DNA of 64,000 nucleotides from Octopus vulgaris (GCA_951406725.2 OX597814.1:79732001-79796000), one strand, 5' to 3'. Numbered from the stretch's first letter, positions 1-13,248 are shown. Numbers and translations are program-made. The notes: a model not told the origin generated them from the letters alone.

Positions 1-1073
1 CATGGAAGCCACGGATGGGAACCCGTATGAAGCTGATTATTTGTGCAATAATCTCATGCAAACACACACATATATATGTATACATGTGTATATGCATACA
101 TATAGACACAGAGACATACACACACACAAACAGACAAACATACACACACTTACACACTCAGTTATGAATTAGAAGCAACGCTAGCATTATAAACATTATC
201 GATCACACATACTTAATGTATGCTTGCATATATGTTTCTATGTATGTATGTATGTATGTATGTATGTATGTATGTATGTATGTATGTATGTATGTATGTA
301 TGTATCTATCTATCTATCTGTCTGTCTGTACATGTATGCATACATATAAAATTAAATTAAATTTAATTTTATTTAATTTATATTAAATTTTTTTATGTAT
401 TGGATTAAGTCTTTCTTTGTTTGATTTGCAAAATAGTGGTTTTGTCTCTAATTAATATTATATAATATTTGACTATAAAATTGGATTCAATCCTAAATCT
501 GATTTTTCCCTGTAAATTTGGATTTATTCCCTAATATTTATTATATATATATATATATATTGCTAGCAGGTGGAGCGTATCCCTGCCAACCTCTAGCAGA
601 CAACAGGATCGCGAGACTGACTCAGTTCCCGGCTGCTTGGTTCATCTTCAGTCGCGAGTACATGGCCCTGATTGAGCGGACCTCTTATTAAAGATCTTCT
701 AACCCTGACCATCACTTCTTAATAATATCTAGAAGTACCACATTTACCAAAGTGTTATATTTGATGTGGTGCTGGTTTTATTCGTAGTGGTTTGCATTAT
801 TGTTTGTGTTGTTATTTAGTTTCGGTTTAGTTCTGACAGGACCGAATTATGACCGAAAGTTGTCACTCCATCCTGTCTTTTACCTATGTGCAGGAAGCGT
901 AGGATCATATTTTCGAATATGTCTTTTTTAAGACGGTAGTGTATGATTTGCTAGAAATTCAGTTGTTATATCTACCACGTCGGGTGAGCACATAGGGAAT
1001 TTTCTCATAGGCTTGTATTTCGGAGTTGTCAAAATATATAAGTATAGGTATATTTTTTATATGTAAGGGTGAG

Positions 1074-1114
<41 letters not shown>

Positions 1115-1860
1115 AGAAAGAAAGAGTGAAAGAAAGGCAAGATAGAGAAAAAAAAAGAAAGAAAAAAGAATGAAGGAGAACGAGAGGAAGATAAACTTCA
1201 AACTAAGTTCTTTCGCTTATCAAATTACGATTAACTTAAATTATATTTACATTAAAAGATAGTGGAGAGAAATTTTGCTTTGAACAATAAGCTTCAACAG
1301 AAATCCTTCGATTTCATAAAAAATGATTGCGTTAAAATCAATTTGTTATTAATCATATGTAACTTAGATTGTTATAGTTACAGTCTTGTCAATCTTGGGT
1401 CTCATTTGTAGGTTTTTTCGTTTGTTTATGAATACTTTTTCTCTGTTTTATCAAAAAAGTAATTGCGTTTTACTCAACCAACCCGGCTGAAAAGCGGGTG
1501 GCTTAACCAATTTCCATCCATGTAGATATTGGTAGCACCTGCAGAAAGTATTTAAATCATTTTCAAGAATTCCATCCAAAATTTCTGCACACCTGATTCT
1601 AATTAAGGCTGTTACTTTCAAGGGAACGCATTCTACTTTCATATAGCAATTAACTTTAATAAATTTAATATATGTTTATTTGTTACTTTTTCATTCATTT
1701 ATATATTTCTTCTTTCTCTGGTAATGAATATTTCCATCTCAAAACTCTGAAGCAATAGTTCCAACGACATTTTGTTTTGTTGTTAAGCACTTACATGATT
1801 TTTAAAAAATTGCGAAAAACATGTCTATACTTTATGAGCAATCCACTATTCCAATATATA

Positions 1861-3111
1861 CAGGGGTTAGACAAAATAAAAGAAATACCTTAAAATTTCA
1901 AACAAATTTATTTTAAGGTTGGGTAGGACCACCTTTGGCAGTAATTACAGTTTGAATTCTACGAGGTATGGACTCGTACAAAGTTTGAATTGTTTCGAAA
2001 GAAATTTTTGTCCATTCTTCAGCTAAAACAGTCTCCAGTTCTTGTAGTGATGACGATGGAGGATATCGACTTCTTACTTGTATTTCTAAAATGCACCATA
2101 AATATTCAATAATATTGAGATCTGGGGACTGTGGTGGCCAGATAAAATGTTCAACTTCACTAGAATGTTCCTCGTGCCTTTCAGTAAAAATTTATCTTTA
2201 TTAATTGATGCTTTACCATCCTGAAAGATAGCGTTTCTCCTCCGGAAACAGTTCCGCAACCATAGGATGAATTCGATCAGATAAAATGTTTAGGTAGTCT
2301 TGACTATTAATTCTGCCATCAAGGGAAATCATTGGGCTGGCAGATTTTCAAGATATAACCCCCACCCCTCACCCAGATCATAACAGATCCTCCTCCATGT
2401 TTCACTGTTGGAAAAAAGCAGTCTGTATCAAATGCTGCTTTTAGTTGTCTCCACACATATACTAAGCCAGTGGTCGGAAATAAGTTAAAGAATAATTCGT
2501 CCAAGAAAGTAACTTTCTTACGCTGATCTAGGGACCAATTTTGTAGGTTTTTACTCCACTTTAAACGCTTTGCAACGTTTGTTTTTGAAAGTAGCCCTCC
2601 CATGTAATCTGGCTCTGCGCAACTCCCGGCGAACAGTTTTTGTGGAAACTGGGTTCTCGAGGTGTTCATTAAGCTCTGCAGTAATTTTGTGATCCTTTCT
2701 AACAATTCGCATAAGAGTTTGACGATCCCAATCGGAAAGTTTTGGTTTTCTTCCTGAGTTTTGTTTCGACGAGGAGGTTTTTCCCTCTTTCTCAAAGGTT
2801 GTCATTACTTTCAAGACAGAAATTCTTGATACACCAAATATTTTGGCTGTTTTTGTTATGCTAGCGCCTGTCATACAAGCACCAACAATTTGACCTATTT
2901 GAAAGTCCGATAGATCTGTCATTTTAATGAATTTTAATTACCTTTCTCTGATGATATTTAAAATGAAACTCCTATTTTAGCAAAACATATTAAGCAACAC
3001 TAATAATAAATAAAAAAACATAACAATAAACAAGTTTTTGACGGTTTTATAGATATTTCAAAATTATGATGCTATGATGCTAGGTGTTTCCATTATTTTG
3101 TCCAACCCCTG
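1861..3111 (-). mobile_element. Tc1-family (DD34E-type) DNA transposon, full length with TIRs, frameshifted
   Basis: TIRs CAGGGGTTAGACAAAATAAAAGAAATACCT (1861) and revcomp CAGGGGTTGGACAAAATAATGGAAACACCT (ending 3111); TA on both flanks; Tc1 transposase inside. Confidence 0.95.
1913..2922 (-). pseudogene. Tc1 transposase pseudogene
   Basis: HTH N-terminus MTDLSDFQIGQIVG..SGRKPKLS (ORF 2551-2922), frameshift to ..KHGGGSVMIW (ORF 2319-2795), then IFQD, WPPQSPDLNIIEYLW and AKGGPTQP* followed by AATAAA. Confidence 0.93.
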
Positions 3112-3687
3112 TACATATACGTGTAGGTGTATATGTATGTAGGCATGTATTTATGTATGTATGTTAAGTACGTACGTATCTGAGTGAGTTATATAATAGT
3201 CTTAAAATATGTACTAGGGCCTGTTTGTTCGACTAAAGCGTTCTAGATATATGTTCCAGCATGATCAAAGTCTAGTGAATGAAATAAGCAAAAGATACAA
3301 GGGAAAAATTGTTATATGCGTGTATATATGTTTCTTTGAGATTTTATTTTTCCTTTTTTAACCTTTGCGGAATTCAAGTCGATCACTAACAAAGTGGCAT
3401 GGCTCTTTTGTCTAAGCCAAGTCAACTCTTTGGGTTTGTGGTTACCTAAATTTCTTAATGTGTACGTGTAATGTGCATGTGTACGTGTTGTGCACATGTA
3501 TGTACGTGTAGTTAAACTTTTACTTATGAGAGTGTCACAATAAAACACAAGTGGTTACGTTAGTGTTTATGTGTGTGCGTGAATATGTATATTATATGCA
3601 TGTGTTTATGTGCATATATTCACCCCACAAAATATTTAATGGAAAATCTTTGAAATGTTTTGCAAATTTTTAGTTTGTATGCATGTG

Positions 3688-3736
<49 letters not shown>

Positions 3737-5048
3737 TATATTATAAAATTTCATGTGTAAGCGAAGTCTCTCCGTAAAACGATTTCTTTAACATATAAAC
3801 TATTATTTCATTTCAGTTTGCCATGATCGTGAAAAATATGATAATGAATGACTTGTTTAGATTTGTTATTACTAATAGAGGTTTCTTCCTATATTGTCAG
3901 TTGTTGAACACAGCCATTTGAGTGTTTAGTGTCTTGACTACAGTAAGGACACAATGAATTATTGATGACAATACACGAACTGCCGATCTCTCAGTTGGCT
4001 TTACAGTGCCCAGACGATAAATATGGCATCACAATAGTAATGTGACTAACATGAGACTTAAACTTTAGCGGTGGAGAGAGGGCGCATAAACGAAGCGAAA
4101 GTACTTCAACCGAATGTCGAAACATGTTACCAGTGCTCGAGAGACGTATCAAAACCACAGCTTCCAATCTCAACTTCTCACCTTACTTTTAAAACTGAGT
4201 CATTGTACGTAGCCAAAACGAAATAGTATTTATTCCAAGAATATCTATTGCTTTATTTCTGTTTTCCTTTTCTTTCTTAGTAACTCCTTTCCTTTTCCTT
4301 TCCTTCACTTTTGTTATCTTTTTATTTAATCTTCTTAGGATGGACAAAGCTGTCCACATTATAATGGCTAGGTAGTGAATGCCAAATTTAATCTCTGAAT
4401 TAACATCCAAGTTATTGATTAGATACATACTTTAAGCGTAGACTTAAAACTTCATCTAACTAATACAGAACATGTCAGCAGATGTCAGGCGAGTATCATT
4501 TAGAAAGTCATTGGGTTCGTTAGTTCAAGACTCGCGATTAGAGGTTGGCAAGTAAGAAATATATGAACAGATAAATTTTCGTATCCAGTGACAGATATTT
4601 CTCTGCACTTATTCGAAAAGTTAGCTTTAATTTTTATCTGATAAAATCTATTTAGATTAAAACAGCTGTATAAAATGTCAGTGTCTATTGTTTTGGGGAA
4701 TCGTAACTGAACTTTAATCTCTTTAAAATGTTTATGTTTTTGAATTTGTTGAGATAGCTGACACCACTTACTCAAAGTCGTCTTCTCAGGAGATGAAGGC
4801 ATAAGAAAGAAAAGCAGTATACCCCGTGTTTGCAGAGTGAAACTTGATTAGTATGAGATTAATAGTTGGTGAAAATTAACCGTCGTTATTGACACTTATA
4901 TATATTTTATGATATGACAGTGCTAATGTTTCGACACACGCCAGTCATTATGATAGCGTATTGTTTTCGGATAATCTATATCTAGGATTACAATATCCAA
5001 TGGGTTTCTCTTTCTTTCAATCTTTCTTTCTTTCTTTCTTTCTTTATT

Positions 5049-5104
<56 letters not shown>

Positions 5105-5316
5105 TCCTTTCTTTCCCCCTCCTCTCTCTATGTTGTTACTCGAAGTGTCTGAAAGAAACTCCAAATCCTCTTCAAATAACGCTGTCATCTAAAACAAGTT
5201 AGGTTTTATCACATAGTATGGTCTTTTATAAACAAATAGATATAGATATTGTAAATAGTATAAATGTAATTATATTATAGATATTGTATAATCTATATTT
5301 CATATGCATTTATATA

Positions 5317-5600
5317 TCTATATATATATATATAAAGATGAGAATGTGTGTCTGTCTGTCTGTGTGAATCGCTAAAACTTGAGAACTGCTCAACCAATTT
5401 CATTCAAATTTTACACATGCCTTATTCAGGGTCTAAAAAATTTTTAACTTCTTGCCTAGTGCGAGCCCACAGCAAAATCATATCTTCTCCACTATTTCAG
5501 TATTACGTGTCAAAAGTGAAACAATAACATCTCTCTATTGTAATATCAGATACTTTCACTTTAATAGTTTCACTTTAATACTGAAACTATTAAAGTGAAA
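5317..5600 (+). mobile_element. Non-autonomous Helitron-like element, 5' fragment
   Basis: TCTATATA..TAAAGATGAGAATGTGTGTCTGTCTGTCTG..CAACCAATTTCATTCAAATTTTACAC; same layout as the complete copy at 36244-36601. Confidence 0.55.
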
Positions 5601-5608
5601 AAAAAAAG

Positions 5609-5669
<61 letters not shown>

Positions 5670-5671
<2 letters not shown>

Positions 5672-5848
5672 TGAGAAAATAGAGAGGTAATTAATAAATT
5701 ATTAGAAATTAATTTAAAAATTGATAAATATCCCTTACAGCTGTTTTCAATTCAGACTCTCAGACTGAATTGAAACTGCTGTAAGGGATGTTTGTCAATT
5801 GTTTAATAATTTATAATTATTTATTAATTACCACTCTATTTTTCTCAT
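5670..5848. repeat. Foldback inverted repeat between (TA)n tracts, probably inverted PLE terminal-repeat ends
   Basis: ATGAGAAAATAGAGAGGTAATTAATAAAT..CCCTTACAGCTGTTTTCAATTCAG mirrored by CTGAATTGAAACTGCTGTAAGGG..ATTTATTAATTACCACTCTATTTTTCTCAT. Confidence 0.75.
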
Positions 5849-5868
5849 GTTATCATATATATATATAT

Positions 5869-6276
5869 AGTTCAGCAAAATTTAGATTCAAATTCTTTAT
5901 ATAGAACTTTGACATCTATTTCATCCCTATTTCTATAAATAGAAAATCTTTCTTGGCTCCTTTCATTTGATCATTCTTTCCAAACCTTCTAGCAGTTCAA
6001 AACAACTGAATATTCTGAATATTCTTCAGTCAGTTGATAAACTCTACTACCTTAATGTTCTTAAAATTTAAACCGACATTTTTGTCTATATATCTACCGT
6101 CTCTATAATGTTATCAATTGATATGAAAATTATGTATTAATGGAAAACCTCTATTAATGGCTGATGATTACTCAACATTTTAAAACTGTTGTAATACTTA
6201 CAACATTTAATAAGATGATGTAGCGTGAAACGATCGTACCAAATAACCGAAGTTATTATTGTTGCTTATTTTGATT
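5869..6276 (+). mobile_element. Penelope-like element 3' fragment with hammerhead motif
   Basis: Flanked by (TA)n; LMFLKFKPTF resembles a GIY-YIG C-terminus; hammerhead at 6158-6241. Confidence 0.6.
6158..6241 (+). ncRNA. Type-I hammerhead ribozyme motif with extended stem II
   Basis: TGG-CTGATGA(6161-6167)-long stem II with TGTTGTAA/TTACAACA hairpin-GAAA(6227-6230)-CGATCGTA|CCA; stem I UGG/CCA, palindromic stem III ACGAUCGU. Confidence 0.65.
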
Positions 6277-6293
6277 ATATATATATATATATA

Positions 6294-6494
6294 CCTCGTG
6301 TGTACCGTTGGCGATTTTTTTCCCTCTGTCTTCCCTTCTCTGGATCTTTCCTTCTCCTATGTTTCCGACGAAGAGCTCTGCTCGAAACGTTAAACCCTCC
6401 TTCTTTCCTTCTTTCCTGAGCGTCCAATAATACTATATTTGTTCCACGTCCTCTCGTTGTTGTGTTTTTTTGTGCTTTCTTGTTTGGATTAACT
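6294..6494 (+). mobile_element. PLE terminal-repeat copy (family P1) in (TA)n with minimal hammerhead
   Basis: GTTT-CCGACGA-AGAGCTCTGCTC-GAAACGTT|AAAC at 6361-6395; 3' end GGATTAAC+(TA)n shared with copies at ~15340-15540 and 53425-53642. Confidence 0.7.
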
Positions 6495-6604
6495 TTATAT
6501 ATATATATATATATATAATTTCATTTTTGGAATAATGGATTTTGAAGCCCATAAAACATATAGATATTGTATTGAAAATCTTTTGGGGTAGGATATTAGC
6601 TGGG

Positions 6605-6656
<52 letters not shown>

Positions 6657-6729
6657 ATGCATATACATATACTTACACACACACACATATATAATCAAAT
6701 ATATATGTATTTCTATCTATCTATCGATA

Positions 6730-6812
<83 letters not shown>

Positions 6813-7603
6813 ATGTGTGTGAATCTTGGCTGACATCGAGCTACACAACAACGACCGCAACAGTTAAAACTAGCTTTCTGTATTAACCACTGGTCATTTA
6901 GACATGTATCTATTATTGACCTATGTTCTTGTCTTTATTCGAACATGAGACCACTATTAAACGGGGTATAGACTTCTCGAGGACGGTATATTCAGCTAGA
7001 GATCTCTCGAGAACGGAAGGCCAAAAACACCAAAAGCAACTACATCGAAAGACATCAAGATTTACTGGAGACAAGTTATTGTGACAGCCGTACTTCTCAA
7101 GAAGGTCAACTCTGAGAGTCAACAGACCAGTAAGCTGATTATATAGATTCTTCAACTTCTTATTCGTTTTTATTTTATATTTTAGTTTTTTTTTTCATCA
7201 AGGGATGAGAAATACGTTTTTGAGAGAAAATCTTGAGATATTTCATACCATTCCAAGGTGCATTATCCGATTAAGGAAAGTAGGGAAGCTAAGACCAGGA
7301 ATCAATTCCAAATTATTAGCTCAGGTGATGTGGGGCTTATCTCGCTACAGAGGTGCCTGAAGCAACATAGAGTGGATTATCTCCATGCAGTCTGTTTGTC
7401 TGATTGCCTGTCTGTCTATTAATATATATTTTCCTCTCTTCTCTTTGCTCTACTCTCTGTCTCTCTCTTTTCATTTCTTTGTGGATGCAAATCCCTCTTC
7501 CTACGTGCCTACATTGCATGCACGCACACATACATACATGAATATATATTACTCACATATAATGATATGTATATGTCTGTGTGTATGTACGCGCGTCTGT
7601 GTT

Positions 7604-7656
<53 letters not shown>

Positions 7657-7878
7657 TGTATTTGTGTAGGTGCGCGTGCGTGTGTAACGCCTGGTTAATA
7701 AGCAGTAAGCTTCAAATAAGGTTAAGGACTCAGAACGTCAAGAAGTCGAGAATTAGTAGTTTTCGTTTAATTTCTTTGTTGATATGTATAGTATAGAAAT
7801 GGAAAATTATATACGGGAATTTTTTTAACATAATTTGTGGTTCCAATTTTAAGAAATTGCTATTGGAAAAAGCAAGTA

Positions 7879-8022
7879 ACGATGGTGATGATGGTGGTAG
7901 TTGTGGTGTTGGTGGTGGTGATGGTGCTGCTGCTGCTGATGATGATGATTATGATGATGATGATGATGATGACGATGATGATAATAATGATGATGATGAT
8001 GATAATAATAATAATAATAATG

Positions 8023-8085
<63 letters not shown>

Positions 8086-8125
8086 GTGATAATGATGATG
8101 ATGATGATGATGATGATGATAATAA
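7879..8125. repeat. Compound (GGT)/(GCT)/(GAT)/(AAT) trinucleotide microsatellite
   Basis: Direct inspection. Confidence 0.95.
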
Positions 8126-8149
8126 CAGCAACATATAATAGTTCTAATA

Positions 8150-9545
8150 CCACTTACGAGTAAACCTAACAGAAAATGGTAGACAACATTTTATATGGAT
8201 GGCTAAAAACTACGGAGGCACAATGGCCCAGTGGTTAGGGCAGCGGATTCGCGGTCAGAGGATCGCGGTTTCGATTCCCAGACTGGGAATCGAAACCGTG
8301 ATTGTGTGTGTCTGTTACGCAAAAACACCTAAAACTCCACGAGGCTCCGACAGGGGGGTGATGGCAACCCTTGTTGTACTCTTTCGCCCCAACTTTCTGT
8401 CACTCTTTCTTCCTGTTTCTAGAGTAACGCTGCGATGGACTGGCCTCCCGTCCAGCTAGGAGGGGGGGAGCACATACGTCAAAGAAACCGGGAAACCAGA
8501 CCCATGAGCCTGACTAGGCTTGAAAAGGGCGAAAAAAAAGTCTATGGCAAAGACAATCATGAACTTGAAGGCTTATTACGTACTGTGGAAGGCATTCAGT
8601 GATGACATCGAGATGGAATCTGGTCTTGATAAATATGTCAAGGCCACTTTCCAGAAAGGGAAATTGAAGACATCAACTTCAATCGTGTTAGATGTTAACA
8701 TTTATAAAAGAACTTGAGCAGGAATAAACTTACGAATGCCTCGGAATAAATGAAGGCTCTGGCATTCAGCATACAAGCATGAAAGAGAAGAATAGGTAAG
8801 AATTTTATAAGAGAGTTCGAGCAGTCCTGAAATCTAAGTTAAATGCACATTAGGTATTACCTGTAAATTCTCTAGCAGTTCTAGTTGTTATTTATAGTTT
8901 CGATGTGTTGAACAGGAATATCAGCGAAATAAAGAAAAATGAAAGGAAAATACGTAAGCTGCTGACTTTCAATAAGATGCACCACCCAAAGGCAGATGCA
9001 AATCATTTTTACCTTCCTAGAGCCCAAGGAGGTCGAGGCCTGATCCAATTTGAAATCTCTTACAGAAACCACCACAACTGGACTGGCCAAATCTCTTGAA
9101 AAATCTAACCTCTGGATGCTAAAACTCCTTGAAAAATCACAAGAGGCGTAAGAAGCTTCATTCTGTCATGAAAGAGAGTAAACTATTTGCTACTGAGGTC
9201 ATGCATAATAATCAGGTTGAACATCATGATGGAAGTGCGGCAACTCTTGTTGCAAAAAAGGTGAAATGAATGGCAAAGAAAAAGCGTACGAACACTTGGG
9301 AACAAAAGCCTCTTCAAGGCAAATAAGTGGCCTGTAGCAAACAAGCTGATGTAGACAAGAAGCACAACCATCACTGGACTGGGTACGGAACTTAGAACTA
9401 AAGGCAGAGAGCGAAGGCTCCATCTTAGCTGCTCGAGATCAGAGGTCACTCACCCGAAACTATCAAGTCAAAGTGATGAAAAAGAGAGTAGACCCAAAGT
9501 ACCTATACTGCAACGAAGAAATTGAAAAAGTGGACCACCTAATAC
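8150..9545 (+). mobile_element. R4/Dong-type non-LTR retrotransposon fragment (RT C-terminus to zinc-knuckle start), split by a SINE
   Basis: HFYMDG.KLY (YMDD remnant) at ~8185-8213, FSDDIEMESGLDK, NKMHHPKADANHFYLPRAQGGRGLIQFE, KAESEGSILAARDQ; stops and frameshifts; begins right after an (AAT)/(GAT) tract. Confidence 0.85.
8214..8539 (+). mobile_element. tRNA-derived SINE (family C)
   Basis: Box A TGGCCCAGTGG, box B GGTTTCGATTCC, body with CTGCGATGGACTGGCCTCCCGTCCAG, A-rich tail; inserted into the LINE RT. Confidence 0.85.
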
Positions 9546-10041
9546 ACACACACACACATATGTGTGGCGGGGTGGGGGGTCCGGAAGAGGGTATCTGTGC
9601 GTGTTCTACTTCGGATTTAGAAATTGTGCTTGTCACAAGAAAAGAATAACATATACGGATTGCCGTAGTACTAGGTGAACAATTTAGTTAACCGGGTTCT
9701 ATTTCCATCGAATGCTTAAAGAGGTTTACACCTGGATTTAATTGATCCATATTTTCCTTCAAACACACATATACACACACACACATGTATGTATGTATGT
9801 ATGTATGTATGTATGTATGTATGTATGTATGTATGTATGTATGTATGTATGTATGCATGCATGTATGTATGTATGTATGCATGTATGTATGTATGTATGC
9901 ATGTATGTATGTATGTATGTATGTATGCGTGTATGCATGTATGTATATATATATATATATATATATTTATTATATAGAAGGAGCTTCTACAGGACTAGAA
10001 CTGTTTCATTCAACTGGTTAACCCCGAATCAACCCGGGACC

Positions 10042-10082
<41 letters not shown>

Positions 10083-10820
10083 TGCGTTTCTGTGTGTTTG
10101 TATGTATGCGTATTATAAAATTTACTAAGTCAAAAGTATACATCACATACATTACAGTACAATACGTACACACGTGTATACAACACCAGTACTCACATAC
10201 ACAATATGCATAGCAACGAACGACAGTACCACACATAGATAAGAAATATGATGGGGGTGGGGCAAGCAGGTTTGATCGGGTGGTTAGGCTGTCTATATAG
10301 AGGACAATATTGTAAGTTCAAGTACAATACTGCCTCCCATCGCATTTTCCCTCTTTTATTTACTTATTTATTTATTTATTTATTTGTTTATACAATAGTG
10401 ACATGTTATCTGTAACCCATTGACTCCTAATTCTCCCCTCTCAACTAAACAGTGATCTTACTGAATTTGACACACTTAAAGGTATATTGGCCAAAGAGAT
10501 AAGATGATTAAAATAAAAATGACAACGACGACTACTACGGTGGCAACGGTGACAATAACAACAAGAACAACAACAACGACACCAATAACAATAACAACAA
10601 CAACAACAATGGCCCCCAACAGCAGCAACAATAGAAACTTAACAAAACAATGAAACATAACTAACCAAGGAAATAAATTTTTAATCTTGTAATACTGTAG
10701 TTTATAGCACACACAGATTCGCACGCGCACATACATACAATATATATACATATGTGTGTGCATATATACATGTATGTATATATGTATGTATATCCATCTA
10801 TATATGTATATAAATATATG

Positions 10821-10855
<35 letters not shown>

Positions 10856-11033
10856 ATGGATGAATGGAATGTACATATATATATAAATATATACATGCAT
10901 ATTTAATGCATCGTAGCAAATGGATTTTCGGGTCGACTAAAAGTTAAACTCGCTTCGTCAGTTTGTCTGTGTCTTCTGTTTTCTTTCTATCTTCTACTTG
11001 TGACACTCTTTGTCTAATTCTCATTCTCTCTCA

Positions 11034-11102
<69 letters not shown>

Positions 11103-11578
11103 ATGCCTAGGAATATACGCTTGACTACCTCTAAGATGAGATTAAACCAACAGCTAAAACCTCTTATAACAAGATTATAAGAGGATAAGATGTAAAAAAA
11201 AAAAAGGATTTCATACAAGGGCCCTCCCATGCTACTGGCTACAAAGAAATTCGAACACATTCATCAACAATTCACTGTCATACTGACTCACATTCTACAA
11301 CCATGTACACGCACACACAAACAATAGTTCATACATACATACATACATACATACATACATACATACATACATACATACATTACATGCATACATACATACA
11401 TACATACATACATACATACATACATACATGCATGCATGCATACATACATATATACGTACATACATACATACATACATACATACATAGTACTACATGGAAG
11501 AGGGCGCGTGGCGTTCAATCGTATAATGTATATATAAATATGCATATGTACATGTGTATATGTACATACTACAATCTC

Positions 11579-11654
<76 letters not shown>

Positions 11655-11984
11655 TATGTAGGCAGAGGACGCCACGAAACTTGTACAGCAAAAAAATGCA
11701 AAATACGAGTACATGGAATATGAACTATTTTTCTAACAACGAAAGAGACAAATGGAAAACAAGACAAACAGCATAAAGAACGACCGTTCATCATTTGTTG
11801 ACTGTTTTTCTACTCTCGTATTTCGAGCATTTAACAACAATATACGCTTTCGATAAAAAAAAGTTGCTCCCGCAATGCAGATTAAATAAAATTTAGGATT
11901 TTGGGGAGGTTCAAAATCGGTAACACAAACAGGACAGTGAAAACAAACAGGAAGGGCTGCTAAACCTAAACGAGATACATACAT

Positions 11985-12038
<54 letters not shown>

Positions 12039-12399
12039 AACATATATATGCGTGTATATATATATAAATATGTGTGTATAAATATATATATTTACATATA
12101 CATATATATATATATATATGCGTGTGCATTTCTTTGTGCACCATCCAAAAACGAATGGAATCTCTGGTCTTTGACATATGCAAATATGTCTAAATGTGTG
12201 AAATTTATTTCCTGGTGTGCTGCAGCGTAGCACATGTGAAAGTAAATTAAATTATTACGAATTAAAATCATCTTTAGCAATATGAACATTACCTTTCGGG
12301 TTGATCCGATAACATGATATTGACAAGTTACAACCATGGCGAAACATCGGTATCTACCAATCATGGAATCATTTCGAAGTGAGTTGAATCCTCTGGTCT

Positions 12400-12765
12400 G
12401 TGAGTTTCAAGTGTTTCGTTTAATACCCGGCGTTGTGTAGGAGCTATCCCAGACGCAAACCTGCGGCAAATTCGGCGTATAAACGAAATACATACACTGA
12501 AAGAAAGATAGATAGATTTCTGTCCAACAGCTTAAACCTGTGTACACTAAGAACACAATGTATTAAATCCGAACGAAACAGAGTTCATTTAACGAGACAC
12601 CCCTAATTACGTCACATGACGAGGTGCTTCTGCATAAAGGAGGCATCACAACTAGTTGCATAGTTTTCTACCCTCGAGGAGTGGATGCTGGATGTGTCTA
12701 AACGATCGTTGTGACTTATAAAGGTTCCCGTGTATTCCGTCTTTCGTCTCTATGCTTTGTTTTAT
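12400..12765 (+). mobile_element. Decayed PLE 3' end with degenerate hammerhead
   Basis: CTCGAGGA-GTGGATGCTGGATGTGTCT-AAACGATCGTT at 12673-12710 (palindromic ACGATCGT stem III); ends at (TATC)n. Confidence 0.4.
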
Positions 12766-12786
12766 ATCTATCTATCTATCTATCTT

Positions 12787-12869
<83 letters not shown>

Positions 12870-12874
12870 ATCTA

Positions 12875-12956
<82 letters not shown>

Positions 12957-12978
12957 ATATATATATATATATATATAC

Positions 12979-13017
<39 letters not shown>

Positions 13018-13217
13018 GGGCCTTTGCGCTCGCGCGCCTTGGCGCGCGCTGGGGGCTCGGTCGGCCCCTTTGGGCTTGCGTTGCACTGCTTGTGCGTTGT
13101 GTGCGTGAGCGCGCTTCGTGTGTGTGGGCTTGCTTCGGATGTGCGCTTGCGTATGTTTGCATACATACCCACACACTCGCATGCATCCCTACCCACATAC
13201 ATACACGCACACCTACT

Positions 13218-13248
<31 letters not shown>

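Noticed and set aside
4760-4850. Minus-strand GA|GTAAGT splice donor
   Set aside because: No convincing acceptor or recognisable coding sequence upstream.
7837-8163. Poly-M/I, poly-D/N and poly-L ORFs (also 24857-25156, 45381-45635)
   Set aside because: Translations of trinucleotide microsatellites.
13018-13160. CpG island or promoter
   Set aside because: The GC rise comes solely from loss of A on one strand while T stays high, unlike a CpG island.
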